DNA of 41,727 nucleotides from Faecousia sp. (lineage in GTDB: Bacteria; Bacillota; Clostridia; Oscillospirales; Oscillospiraceae): assembly GCA_045579165.1 (NCBI GenBank), contig JAZNLP010000054.1, positions 1 to 41,727 on the forward strand. The letters run 5' to 3'. Shown one piece after another: positions 11,517 to 21,298 of the stretch (its first letter is position 1; each line of letters begins with the position of its first letter). Below the pieces are notes generated by a model, which had not been told where the DNA came from, did not search any database, and worked only from the letters and a program-made list of their open reading frames with translations. The position numbers were made by a program, and so were the translations under genes.

Positions 11517-12033
11517 GGAAAGTAAGGAAGACCGTTTCCGCCGTCTGGCAGAAGCCCGGGTCAACAAGATCATCCCCATGATCCGCCTTCTGGGTAATCT
11601 GTCCAACACGGGTATCTATGCCTATACCCGGCATCAGGTGGAGCGGATCTTCACTGCGCTCCAGCTTGAGCTGGTGAAGGCGAAGATGCGGTTTCTGCAG
11701 CCCCATGGGAAGCGAAACAAGCGGTTCTCTTTGAGTGAGCCCTATGACCTGCCTGAGGTGCGAGCTGCTGAAGATCATCCTGCATTCGTGATCCCGCTTC
11801 CCGACGGTACTTACCTGCGTGCGGTGGGATTTCCCAATGACGACTATCCTGCCATCAATATCTACTGGGACAATGGTACCAATGCACCGACAGAAACCCT
11901 CTGCTTTGTGGAATTCAACCAGGAAAAGCAGGGCGATATGCGTGTGTGTATTGGCACCTACCGCAGTGATGAGGAGGATACTGCTTATTATGAGCCGTAT
12001 ATGGCGGCAGAAAGGACTTCTACTGATGACTGA
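11506..12033 (+). CDS. Hypothetical protein
   Basis: N-terminal KEDRFRRLAEARVNKII..IRLLGNLSN helical motif recalled from small mobile-element proteins; overlaps neighbours. Confidence 0.7.
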   Translation: MKPKESKEDRFRRLAEARVNKIIPMIRLLGNLSNTGIYAYTRHQVERIFTALQLELVKAKMRFLQPHGKRNKRFSLSEPYDLPEVRAAEDHPAFVIPLPDGTYLRAVGFPNDDYPAINIYWDNGTNAPTETLCFVEFNQEKQGDMRVCIGTYRSDEEDTAYYEPYMAAERTSTDD

Positions 12034-12829
12034 GATTCAAAAAATGTCTGCGCTTCGGCTATCCTGGGATGCTGTATCCCGGTATTTTGAGGCACTATTG
12101 TCAGCACTGTTGGGAAGAGCGATTGTTTGCAACTCCAGAAGCATGGATGATAGCTACTGGAGTGTAGCAGCATCGTTCGGTACCTTTACGAATGCAGAAA
12201 TTGTCAAACTGGCACAATTTGTCAACGGTGATGATGAGATGCTGATTGAAGCATTACCACCTGACTCCGACACAAGCAGATCTCTGGGCATGGAGTTGTG
12301 CAGAGCACTGCTGAAATATGCATTGAAGCTGGATTGGGCCACCGAATTTGTGTCGGATGATGGTCTGTATATACTGGGGCACTTTCCGGAAAATGTGCAG
12401 CTTCCTGCTATAGATCGGAATGTTCTCTATGTAGACTCCAAGGTTATTGATTGCAGCAAACTGATTCCTATGAATACCTTTGTAGAGAAACTGTTCGGAG
12501 CATGGGGTACCTTTTCAGACCTCACAGAGCTGTGTGAGGAGTATCAAACAGAACATGGGACTCCGCTGTACTGGATGTATCCTTTCACGGATGGTCGGTA
12601 TAATGGTTGCTATTTTGTGCTGGTTCGGGAGGGTATCATGGCGATTTCCTACGATGAAATCGATTGTATTAACCATGAGTCTTTCGTAAAGGAAAGTGCC
12701 CGGCTGTGTGATGCTGCCGAAATTCGCTGCTTCCTGAACGATTGGAAGCAGCGAGCGGACGAAATGACGGAGACACTCTCGTACTTCCTGTCTTTTCTGG
12801 AAAGAAAGGAGGCCGTATATGGAGCCTGA
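12026..12829 (+). CDS. Hypothetical protein
   Basis: ATG at 12026 with AAAGGA RBS. Confidence 0.7.
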   Translation: MTEIQKMSALRLSWDAVSRYFEALLSALLGRAIVCNSRSMDDSYWSVAASFGTFTNAEIVKLAQFVNGDDEMLIEALPPDSDTSRSLGMELCRALLKYALKLDWATEFVSDDGLYILGHFPENVQLPAIDRNVLYVDSKVIDCSKLIPMNTFVEKLFGAWGTFSDLTELCEEYQTEHGTPLYWMYPFTDGRYNGCYFVLVREGIMAISYDEIDCINHESFVKESARLCDAAEIRCFLNDWKQRADEMTETLSYFLSFLERKEAVYGA

Positions 12830-13487
12830 GATCAAAGATGCCGTAAGGGTTACACCGTCCACCAAAATTCGTTTCAAATGCACGGGATGCGCTGAATGCT
12901 GCCGCCATGTGAAGCAGACGGTTCCGGTGGATAGCCGGGATGCTTTCCGGATTACGAAGTACCTGATGGAGTCCGGAGAGGAAATCTTCTGTACCGATCA
13001 GTTCTTGGTGCAGTATGCAGAGCCTGCTATGATCGATGAGTGCGGATACTTCGTGTATTTCCTCAAAACGGTAGGACCAGATGATGACTGTATCTTCCTA
13101 AAGGACAACCGATGTGCGATCCATGCAGCAAAGCCCCGGGCTTGCAGGGTGTATCCCTTCATGGTGGAACCGACTGCATCTGGAGAACACAGATATCTGT
13201 ATAGTCTGGAACGCACGCATCATTTTCGGGGACCGGTTGTTGAAACTCGTTCGTGGATGAAAAAGCACTTCCCTAAGGAAGACCGTGTGTTTCTCCAGGC
13301 CGATTACTCCCGGGCACCACTCGTTGTCAGTCTCCTCAAACGGATTCCTGAGAAAAGAAGAACTACGGCGGCAATTCACTTCCATCGTTTCCTGTATTCA
13401 GAGTATGATCTGGAGGAACCTTTTTTGGATCAGTATCTGCGTAATCAGGAGAAGCTTCTTGAAGTTCTTGCCAGAATGGCAGACTAA
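12819..13487 (+). CDS. YkgJ-family cysteine cluster (CxxCxxCC) protein
   Basis: FKCTGCAECC, CIFL...RCAIH..KPRACRVYPF. Confidence 0.85.
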   Translation: MEPEIKDAVRVTPSTKIRFKCTGCAECCRHVKQTVPVDSRDAFRITKYLMESGEEIFCTDQFLVQYAEPAMIDECGYFVYFLKTVGPDDDCIFLKDNRCAIHAAKPRACRVYPFMVEPTASGEHRYLYSLERTHHFRGPVVETRSWMKKHFPKEDRVFLQADYSRAPLVVSLLKRIPEKRRTTAAIHFHRFLYSEYDLEEPFLDQYLRNQEKLLEVLARMAD

Positions 13488-13625
13488 TTTTTAAGACATC
13501 GAAAAAATACGGCACCAGATTCTTTCTGGTGCCGCATATACTATGGAGGATATCAACAATGTGCAGAGATAAATATTCTAACGAGATTGAATGTATTATT
13601 CCAATACTCGAGAAGGCGGTGCAGC

Positions 13626-14306
13626 ATGCAGCAAGAGCGTAATTCCCAGCAGATTATCCGTAAGGATGCAAAGAATTGCTTTGTAGAGAGTCTTTCTGAT
13701 GCCTTTGATCGGGAGAAAGCACACCTTGTGTTTGCGGCCTATGATTTGACAAAGCCGGCAGGTCAGCGTCAAACCAATTGCGTTCATATTTACATCAGTA
13801 TCCCGGAGTTATTGGAGTTGTGCAGGAAGCTCTCCTGCGGTGAGCTTCGGTTTATCTGGCAGGAGAGGAAGAAGAGCGGCACAAACAAACCGATTCAGGA
13901 ATGGCTGGGCGGAACATCGGCTGAGAGGCTTCGTCAGTACGGAAAGGCCAGGGCAGACGGAAAAAGTCTGTCCAGAGTGGCCAAGCTCCTGGCAGGTCAG
14001 AAATCTGACTTCTTGTTTATTGCGGACAGCGGTCCCGGCGACAAGGATGCCAAAGGTCTGATTGTTCCCCGGTTCGGCAAGAACCCGGAAAATCATGTGT
14101 CTATCAGCATGACCTGGGAGGCTCTGGCCGAGCTGCTCCTGTCAACCAAGACTCATTATGAAGCATGGTTGGCAGCGTGGTATCAGGCGCAGATCTATAC
14201 GGATCGCACAGTGGAATGTCAGCAGACTGTAGCAGTGAAACAAGCGACACCTATGTTTTACGCACAAAATCCTGCGCCTGACTACTCCTCATCGTCCTTG
14301 TTTTGA
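13626..14306 (+). CDS. Hypothetical protein
   Basis: Long ORF, AAGGCGGT RBS-like site before ATG 13626. Confidence 0.7.
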   Translation: MQQERNSQQIIRKDAKNCFVESLSDAFDREKAHLVFAAYDLTKPAGQRQTNCVHIYISIPELLELCRKLSCGELRFIWQERKKSGTNKPIQEWLGGTSAERLRQYGKARADGKSLSRVAKLLAGQKSDFLFIADSGPGDKDAKGLIVPRFGKNPENHVSISMTWEALAELLLSTKTHYEAWLAAWYQAQIYTDRTVECQQTVAVKQATPMFYAQNPAPDYSSSSLF

Positions 14307-14324
14307 AATAAACAAAACTAGGGC

Positions 14325-14672
14325 ATGTTCTATGTAGAATCGGATAGGAAGGAGCAGATCACGGCAATGGATCACTGCGCTCATACAGGAAGATGTGATG
14401 TTTGCGGTGCGAGCGGAACAGTCTATCTTCGTTGCTCATCCATGGGGCCGTTCACCTTTTCGTATTGCAAAAGGTGCATTCATTCTGGAGCAGAACCATA
14501 TTGGTTCACAGTGAGTACTGTGGCAATCAACGGACTGTGGCCAGATGATGTGAATGAGCCGGGACAGAGTAGAGTTAGAAAGATTTTGCATTACATAAAC
14601 CGCTCAGAGGATATCTTCAAGCGAGATGTGTATCGATCTTATCACTATATGCCGATTCAGACCAACCTCTAG
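14325..14672 (+). CDS. Small Cys-rich hypothetical protein
   Basis: CDVC...CKRC pairs, 115 aa; start uncertain. Confidence 0.55.
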   Translation: MFYVESDRKEQITAMDHCAHTGRCDVCGASGTVYLRCSSMGPFTFSYCKRCIHSGAEPYWFTVSTVAINGLWPDDVNEPGQSRVRKILHYINRSEDIFKRDVYRSYHYMPIQTNL

Positions 14673-14727
14673 GGCGGGGGTGTCAATTGAAGGGGTAGTG
14701 CTGATGTAGTCAATGTCATCAACTTAA

Positions 14728-14760
14728 GCGCACTGCGCCGTCTTCGGCGGCGCAGTGCGC
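14728..14760. repeat. GC-rich 13-bp perfect inverted repeat capped by C(TTCG)G
   Basis: GCGCACTGCGCCG-tcttcgg-CGGCGCAGTGCGC, no T tract. Confidence 0.8.
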
Positions 14761-14975
14761 GGCTGCAAGTTTTGCAGATGTACGGCAAATTGGGAATTCT
14801 TGTGAAAAATTTGTGTTGCCCTTCGGATTCTTTACAGTTTATTTATGGACGGCCGGGGTGGGGGTATGGTATAATAATAAAGCTCTGCCGCTCCATCATC
14901 AAATACTGTCAGAGGAATCTTCTGCTTCGGAATGCGTAGGTTTGTGCACCAAATCAAAACAAGGAGGTATTACTT

Positions 14976-15845
14976 TTGTATAAACAAAAGAAAAACGTGG
15001 TAGCTTTTCTGCTGGCGCTCGTGCTTGTTTTCCTTGTGTTACCAACCCATGCAGCAGCTGCTCAGTGTGAACACGTTTACAAGTATGATGTCTGCAAGAA
15101 ATGCAATCATCTTCGAACGCATGACTTTACTTCGGCGATTACGTTTTATACCGCCAAGGATAACGTACCTGTATGGAGTCAGCCAACTAAGAATTCCACC
15201 AAAGTTCGGACTATTAGCCAAAAGGATGTACGTATTGATCTGGGCTGTATTCTGCGGAACCAATATGGTAACATTTGGTTTAAGCTCTATGGCGAAAACG
15301 CCTATGTTTACATCGACAATGTCTATTTAGACTTCATGACTCTTTGTGTGCAGAACTATCAGAAGATTACGGCGAGAGATGACGTTGCTATGCAGGCGCT
15401 TGAGTTCTATAACCTGGTGAAACCTGAAGGCGCTGCTGATTACAAGGAATGGCTCGATCCCGGTGGAAAGAATATTCCTTATTCCGTGAAGATTAATGGT
15501 TCTTTCTACAATATGACGGCCGAAGAGCTTGGAAACATTCATTTCGGCTTCTTAGGTCGTGCAGTTGGTTTTAGCGACAAGGCGCTGCTTTACGGTGGTG
15601 GCACGGTCAATGTTGTAGGGTTGATTGGTAGAATCCCTTCGAAAAGCATCACCTTTACTTGCGCTGATGGATCGATACAGTCCTTCTCTCCTATTTGTGT
15701 GCAGAATACACTGACTGAAGCTTTAGCAAACACTGCATATCAGATTTATACAGAGTGTTCTGGTTCTTATTGCGATAATGTTGCAGATACCAGTGCCGTC
15801 CAGAAGGGAATTGATTATTACGATACTGGAGATTTCTCTTGGTGA
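14976..15845 (+). CDS. Secreted protein: signal peptide, SH3-like domain, C-terminal Ntox44-like polymorphic toxin domain
   Basis: AAGGAGGT RBS plus TTG; AxA-type signal peptide; VWSQP...GNIWFKL...AYVY; ELGNIHFGFLGRAVGFS..ALLYGGG and D...VQKGIDYY. Confidence 0.7.
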   Translation: MYKQKKNVVAFLLALVLVFLVLPTHAAAAQCEHVYKYDVCKKCNHLRTHDFTSAITFYTAKDNVPVWSQPTKNSTKVRTISQKDVRIDLGCILRNQYGNIWFKLYGENAYVYIDNVYLDFMTLCVQNYQKITARDDVAMQALEFYNLVKPEGAADYKEWLDPGGKNIPYSVKINGSFYNMTAEELGNIHFGFLGRAVGFSDKALLYGGGTVNVVGLIGRIPSKSITFTCADGSIQSFSPICVQNTLTEALANTAYQIYTECSGSYCDNVADTSAVQKGIDYYDTGDFSW

Positions 15846-15851
15846 ACAAAT

Positions 15852-15884
15852 TCTAAAGCGGAGCGTCTTGGCGCTCCGCTTTAG
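15852..15884 (+). terminator. Terminator hairpin
   Basis: CTAAAGCGGAGCG-tcttgg-CGCTCCGCTTTAG. Confidence 0.7.
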
Positions 15885-16272
15885 TTAGTTGAGGAAGTGT
15901 CATAGGGAAGAATAGGCCGTTTGCAGATTTGTTCTTGTGTAATGTAAACATATTGGATTTGAAGGTTTCTGAGCAACGCCGCCCTTGTTGTCAAAGGGGG
16001 CCTTGATTCACCGCCAAATTGACCAAGTTCAGGTTTAACATATACCTTATTTATTTTCTTCAGGAAACACCATAATTATTCATCATTCATTAACGGGCGT
16101 GCTGCAAAATGCACAATGCAATTAAGTTATCGAATCCCCCCCTGATATCTTCAGACTTTTGGTTCTAAACCCATTTTACATATCTATTTCAGTGCTTTCT
16201 CTGCGACTATTGTACCATGAGGCGCATATTACATTTCTATTAAGATGTATTTGTTTGAAGCTACGTGAATCA

Positions 16273-16339
16273 TGGCAAAAGGCTGGCACAAAGCTGGCAG
16301 GTCTTTGCTAGTGACTAGGGAATGGAACCATGATATACT
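16273..16339 (+). promoter_or_regulatory. Promoter with three TGGCA direct repeats at 11-bp spacing upstream of the -35
   Basis: TGGCA at 16273, 16284, 16295; GTGACT(16311)-17 nt-TATACT(16334) with TGn extension. Confidence 0.5.
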
Positions 16340-16407
16340 CACACCATGAGAAACTGGGTCTTCGCAAGAGGATCCAGTTTTATTTTATGTTGAGAGGAAG
16401 ATATTCG

Positions 16408-16701
16408 ATGACTTGTCGGAATTGCGGTTCAGAGCTGCCGGAACAAGATGTTGTTGTGTGTCCAGTATGCGGGAAGAAGAGGAGGAAGTATATAAAGAAA
16501 AAAGAGAAACTCCCAATCATGGAAGTAGTGGGCGAAGCAGTGGATGAAGGATATGACGGCTATTACGACGATGTATTGCCGCCGGATGCAGATCGGATTG
16601 AAGAGGGAGTGGACAAGCGCCTCATCAGGGACATTATCCTGCTCTGTATTGCGGTTGTTCTGATTATCGGCCTCTGTGTCTCTATGCTGTATGTGCTTTG
16701 A
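16408..16701 (+). CDS. Zinc-ribbon protein with C-terminal TM helix
   Basis: CRNCG...CPVCG, hydrophobic C-terminus, GAGAGG RBS. Confidence 0.75.
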   Translation: MTCRNCGSELPEQDVVVCPVCGKKRRKYIKKKEKLPIMEVVGEAVDEGYDGYYDDVLPPDADRIEEGVDKRLIRDIILLCIAVVLIIGLCVSMLYVL

Positions 16702-16764
16702 GTGTTGCACTTTCTATGTCCAAATCGTGTAATTGAGTAAATACAATTGCGAAAGGGGCATATT

Positions 16765-17328
16765 ATGAAATACATCTCTATTGGTGCCGTAGTAACTGAG
16801 GGCACGGAGTATATTCTGGAGGTCTGCAGGTGTGGCAATTGTTTTCAGCTTACAGGAGAGCTTGCCACATTGTGGCTCAATGGGCGAATGGGTTTTGCCA
16901 TTGCTGAAAAGCCCAAAGAGCGGAAGGCGCTGGATCAACTGGTGAAAATGGGTCTGGCAATCCTTGCCGATGGTCCTGCTGATGCAGAAGAATATCGCAC
17001 CCTTAACCACTGCACACTGGTTCCTGCGGATCGGAAACACCCCTATTGGGGGCTGCGGAAACGGGAGAGAGCGGCTCTGCGGTGGCTCAGAGAGGCCGGT
17101 CTGGTTCTCAGTATGGCAGAATTGACCTTCCTGATGGATCGTGGTATTGAACTACGTGAGGAACTGCTGGGAAAAGAGAACATCCATGCTCTGGTGCATA
17201 CGATCTATACCAGAGAAACAATCTGCGACAACATTTTGGAGAACCAGATGGAAGCTGCTGCATCGCAGAGGGATACCGTCAGGATTGTCCTTAGTCTGCT
17301 GAAGAAACAGCGCATCGTACTACTGTGA
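16765..17328 (+). CDS. Hypothetical protein
   Basis: AAAGGGG RBS, 187 aa. Confidence 0.7.
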   Translation: MKYISIGAVVTEGTEYILEVCRCGNCFQLTGELATLWLNGRMGFAIAEKPKERKALDQLVKMGLAILADGPADAEEYRTLNHCTLVPADRKHPYWGLRKRERAALRWLREAGLVLSMAELTFLMDRGIELREELLGKENIHALVHTIYTRETICDNILENQMEAAASQRDTVRIVLSLLKKQRIVLL

Positions 17329-17329
17329 A

Positions 17330-17818
17330 ATGGGGCTGTGTATGAAAGCGAAGTTCCTGAAGATACCATCGGCACTACAGAAGCAACTACTGATATGGTT
17401 TTTAGGTGGCATCCTGAGCATGATTATACTGATGGCGAGCTGCTTCTTTATACCTGATTGGAATTTGATCGTACCATGTATCCTTTTTACTATTGCGTGC
17501 CTGGTGAGCGGCTGGGTACTGTGGGAAAAATGTGTTTGCCATAAATATGTGGTAATCGAGGGTACCTGCACCGGGATAGAGCAATCTCGTTACCGCAGGC
17601 ATATCCGTGCGGTTTATATCCTGAGCGATGACCATGATATAGAAATCATCACTCCGGTGGTGATAAAGAATCTCACAATAGGAGATGCTGTCACGGTCTA
17701 TGTAGCAGAAAACACACCCATTTATGAAACCGATGGGCGTATGGTGATATGCAGCATTCTGGCAGTCACAAAAGGGACAACCGGAAAAAAGGTCAGCGAC
17801 AGAATCGGGATTGACTAA
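17330..17818 (+). CDS. Membrane protein (2 TM plus beta-rich C-terminal domain)
   Basis: Two hydrophobic helices followed by EGTCTGIE...GDAVTVYV; start 17330 or 17342. Confidence 0.7.
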   Translation: MGLCMKAKFLKIPSALQKQLLIWFLGGILSMIILMASCFFIPDWNLIVPCILFTIACLVSGWVLWEKCVCHKYVVIEGTCTGIEQSRYRRHIRAVYILSDDHDIEIITPVVIKNLTIGDAVTVYVAENTPIYETDGRMVICSILAVTKGTTGKKVSDRIGID

Positions 17819-17938
17819 TAGCGAACACCATGCTATAATTTCTACACTACAGTATCCGAGTTTTGCGCGAGCAAACACAGTATCCGAGTTTTCATAAGAG
17901 CTATTTGCGTCCTTTTCGCAAATAGCTCTTTTTTGTTT
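17811..17938 (+). promoter_or_regulatory. Repeated leader cassette copy 2
   Basis: TTGACT 17811, TGcTATAAT (-10 at 17834), repeats at 17849 and 17877, TTTGC-GCGA-GCAAA, terminator AAGAGCTATTTGCG/CGCAAATAGCTCTT plus T tract. Confidence 0.9.
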
Positions 17939-18020
17939 GTCCCCTCGGTTTCCGCCTGCATCAGCAGGTTGAAATATATCATTTTTCGTTGCAGGAAAAT
18001 CCTGCAGAAAGGAGTCAACA

Positions 18021-18521
18021 ATGTTAAAAATCTTCGCATCCAATGTGGTGGTCTCCCAGGGCTACCAGAACTCCCCTGCCCTCAAGTTCTCCGACAAGGG
18101 CGATTTCGTTCGTTTCCGTGTGGGCCAGAAGGTCTACGACCCCCGTGCCAAGGATAACCACCGCTGGATCAACCTGACCATCAAGTGCTTTGATGCCAGC
18201 CTGGTTGATCGCATCCGCAAGATGGGTCTCAAAGAAGGTTCCTTCATCAGCCTGAGCGGCCGCTACGATGAGGATGTCTGGGAGGATGAGGAGTCCCACG
18301 AGAAGCGCAGCATGCCTGTCATCATTCTGGATGAGCTGGAGTTCAGCGGCGGCGGTAAGCGCACCGGCGATGGCCAGAAGCCCAATACTGGCAAGGGGGC
18401 ATCTGCTCCTGCAGCAACGAATCCTGCCTCTGCAACGGATGCCGCTGGCGGCCACCAGATGCCCGGCAACTTCATGGGCTACGAGGGCTTTGGCGGCGGC
18501 AACAATTTCTTCAACCTGTAA
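18021..18521 (+). CDS. ssb: Single-stranded DNA-binding protein (divergent)
   Basis: OB-fold pattern (VRFRVG...WINLTIKCF...LKEGSFISLSGRY...WED), G/A/P-rich linker, aromatic C-terminal tip. Confidence 0.75.
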   Translation: MLKIFASNVVVSQGYQNSPALKFSDKGDFVRFRVGQKVYDPRAKDNHRWINLTIKCFDASLVDRIRKMGLKEGSFISLSGRYDEDVWEDEESHEKRSMPVIILDELEFSGGGKRTGDGQKPNTGKGASAPAATNPASATDAAGGHQMPGNFMGYEGFGGGNNFFNL

Positions 18522-18558
18522 CCGGCGGAAGGAGCTGCATCACAAATGAATAGGGCGC

Positions 18559-18607
18559 AAAAACGCACATGGGTATCTTCTGCGGAAACTCATGTGCGTT
18601 TTTTGTT
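18559..18607 (+). terminator. Intra-operon terminator after ssb
   Basis: AAAACGCACATG...CATGTGCGTTTT followed by Ts. Confidence 0.65.
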
Positions 18608-18627
18608 GCCCGAAAAGGAGTATCTAC

Positions 18628-19389
18628 ATGAACGATAAAAACAAACAACGACACATGGCCTATGAAGCGATGATGGTTTTGCTACAGATTGCGCTGCTGA
18701 CTTTTATCATTCGCCTGTGGCCTATCCTTCTTCTAATGATTCTGGGGATATTCGTTGCTGCTCTGAGGCTGCTGTTCCTGTCTTCAAAGAAGGTTGAGCC
18801 TGTGAAACCGTTGGAAGCGTTGCCTCCCTCGGCAGTGCCTCCCACGGAACTGGATATGGAGGATATGGCTTACTTTATCATTCAGCGCAGAATCACGCAG
18901 ATCCTTCAGGAGAAATATCCCGACGTCAGATGGATCTGGGAGAATCCCTGTGCAAAGGAAGATATTATCGCTGGAAATCCGGTTTATGTCCTGCTGAACA
19001 AGGCGGGTGGATACCGGCGAGGCCATGTGGTGATTCGGAACCTGCAAGTATTCGATGTATCTTTTGCGGATGAAAAAAAGGAAAGCAATGATCCTGTGCC
19101 GCCCTCGGAAGATGCCCCGGAACCGGCACCTCCGGCAACACCTCCTGTGGACGACGAGATCCCTGAGAACTATGGCCTGATTGCCTTCCAGTGGGTAGAA
19201 GCTCATGTAATGGAGCTGAATGACCGCTGTAATGAAGCAATCGGTGAAGGATTCACGGAGTATCTGATCCCTGCCTCGGAACTGCCCGTCTCCGAAAGCT
19301 GGGAGGAGATATGCAAAGAGCTGATTCGCAACGACCTTCACGGCGCACAATGCTGTGATGAGGGCATCATAATTGAATTTGAGCAGTAA
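18628..19389 (+). CDS. Hypothetical membrane-anchored protein
   Basis: AAAAGGAG RBS; N-terminal TM pair, Pro-rich linkers. Confidence 0.75.
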   Translation: MNDKNKQRHMAYEAMMVLLQIALLTFIIRLWPILLLMILGIFVAALRLLFLSSKKVEPVKPLEALPPSAVPPTELDMEDMAYFIIQRRITQILQEKYPDVRWIWENPCAKEDIIAGNPVYVLLNKAGGYRRGHVVIRNLQVFDVSFADEKKESNDPVPPSEDAPEPAPPATPPVDDEIPENYGLIAFQWVEAHVMELNDRCNEAIGEGFTEYLIPASELPVSESWEEICKELIRNDLHGAQCCDEGIIIEFEQ

Positions 19390-19412
19390 TACTGCAGAAA
19401 GGAAATTATCTT

Positions 19413-21287
19413 ATGAGTGTTTCTATTGGTAACCTCTTTAACTACTCCAGATCCTTACCGGCTCCGTTCGATAAGCTGTCAAACAAGAAGGTGAAGCTCT
19501 CCTCCAAGTACGGCAGCGGAACGGAGGCCACTTTGTGCTGTACTGTGATCAAGGCTGTTCATGCTGTCTGTGATTGCATGTCCGGCAATGGTGAGGGTGC
19601 CGTTGGCTCCATCGACCACCGTACTGTGGCAGAGTACAAGTCTGCTGCAGGACCGGAGCTGTTCCATCTGGTCGTGTTTGACAGCGGTTCCGGTGCGATT
19701 ATGGCCAGTGTGTACGATAAGAACACGGAAGCCATCGAGAACTACAAGCTCCACCAGAGTGAGCGTGATGGTGCTGCCGTTATGATGGCCCTGATGCCGC
19801 TGCTGCTGAAGGACGAGGAATTTGAAGAACAGTTCCAGACCTATTTTGACCAGCGTAATACGGGCTATCCGGATCTGAAAAAGGCTACGGACTCCATGGC
19901 CGTTCTCTGCGACAATGCGTACCGCCGGATCAAGGACGATACCTGTCCGGCTCATATCAATGTCACGCTGGATAAGTCGGGGAACCTACTCCGGGTTTCT
20001 CAGAGTCATCTGTTGGCAGGTGTGTATACGCCCAACTCGGTTCTGGCAGGCGAGTTTACCATCTTCGCCCAGACGGGAAAGGTCACGGTTACGGTTTCCA
20101 AGGATGCCATTGACCACAAGGACTTTGTCGGCAAATACCAGCTGACGGGCGGCCGGAAGCTCTCTGTCATGGAAACGGCTCTGGTTCCCAAGCTGGAGGA
20201 GTGGTATATCATCCCCGACGAGGTGGTGGAGATTTGCAAACACGCTCAGACGACCACGGGAAAACCCATGCAGATGCGGAACTTCCTGCTGCGGGGTCCT
20301 GCCGGAACGGGTAAGACCCAGGGTGCCAGAGCGATTGCTGCTGGACTGAACCTGCCCTATATGAAATATACCTGCTCCGCATCTACGGAGGTGTTCGATT
20401 TCGTGGGAATGGTCTTCCCTAAAACGGATTTCATGTCTACGGGCGACGAAGAACTGGATAAGCAACGGGAAATCCTTCAGTCTATGGGCGGCATCAACTA
20501 TGCCAATGTGGCAAAGCTGATGAATCTCCCTGATCTGGACGATATGGACTATGACCCTGCTGGTGTTTTTCATCGGCTGACGGGCGTGGAGAACGAGGAT
20601 GCCTCTTCCCGGGACTGCATGGCGGTGGTCATGGATATGGTTACGGAGAAGATCAAGGCATTGACGAAACCGGCCGAGAAGGAGTCCACCTCCGGACAGA
20701 CCTATACCTATGTGGAGACTGATTTTATCAAGGCTCTGAAGAACGGGTATTTGGTTGAGCTGCAGGAGCCGACAGTCATCACCCAGCCCGGTGTTCTGGT
20801 GGGCCTGAACTCCCTTCTGGAGCAGACCGGCTCTATCACGCTTCCCACCGGTGAGATTATCCAGCGGCACCCTGATACGGTGGTTGTCGTTACCACGAAT
20901 ATCACCTATGAAGGCTGCCGGTCCCTGAATCAGTCCGTCGTGGACAGAATGAGTCTGGTGGAGGACATCGAGCTTCCCAGTCCTGAGGTCATGGCCCAGC
21001 GAGCTATGGCAGTCACAGGTGCAACGGATGAGTATCAGGTTTCCCAGATGGTCCAGGTCGTCAACGATATGGCGGAGTACATGCGCAAGAACGGTATCAC
21101 CGATGGCACCTGTGGTATGAGAAGTCTCATCGACTGGATCACCAGCACGGAGATTACCGGGGATCCTTACCGATCTGCGCTCTGCACCATCCTCAGCAAG
21201 GCCACCTCTGACGAGGAGGATCGGGAGACACTGAAGACTACGATTCTGGAACCCATTTTTGCTCCGAAGCGCCGTAAGGCTTCGTGA
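19413..21287 (+). CDS. MoxR/CbbQ-like AAA+ ATPase
   Basis: Walker A GPAGTGKT, variant Walker B LVELQE, LNSLLE, HPDTVVVVTTN, LNQSVVDR. Confidence 0.85.
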   Translation: MSVSIGNLFNYSRSLPAPFDKLSNKKVKLSSKYGSGTEATLCCTVIKAVHAVCDCMSGNGEGAVGSIDHRTVAEYKSAAGPELFHLVVFDSGSGAIMASVYDKNTEAIENYKLHQSERDGAAVMMALMPLLLKDEEFEEQFQTYFDQRNTGYPDLKKATDSMAVLCDNAYRRIKDDTCPAHINVTLDKSGNLLRVSQSHLLAGVYTPNSVLAGEFTIFAQTGKVTVTVSKDAIDHKDFVGKYQLTGGRKLSVMETALVPKLEEWYIIPDEVVEICKHAQTTTGKPMQMRNFLLRGPAGTGKTQGARAIAAGLNLPYMKYTCSASTEVFDFVGMVFPKTDFMSTGDEELDKQREILQSMGGINYANVAKLMNLPDLDDMDYDPAGVFHRLTGVENEDASSRDCMAVVMDMVTEKIKALTKPAEKESTSGQTYTYVETDFIKALKNGYLVELQEPTVITQPGVLVGLNSLLEQTGSITLPTGEIIQRHPDTVVVVTTNITYEGCRSLNQSVVDRMSLVEDIELPSPEVMAQRAMAVTGATDEYQVSQMVQVVNDMAEYMRKNGITDGTCGMRSLIDWITSTEITGDPYRSALCTILSKATSDEEDRETLKTTILEPIFAPKRRKAS

Positions 21288-21298
21288 GGAGGTTTCCT

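Noticed and set aside
14720-14740. MOBQ-type oriT nic site
   Set aside because: Only AGTGCGC matches the TAAGTGCGCCCT core, and no relaxase is in the window
15885-16260. Immunity gene for the Ntox44-like protein
   Set aside because: Only a start-less ~60-codon minus-strand frame found; no RBS or start codon
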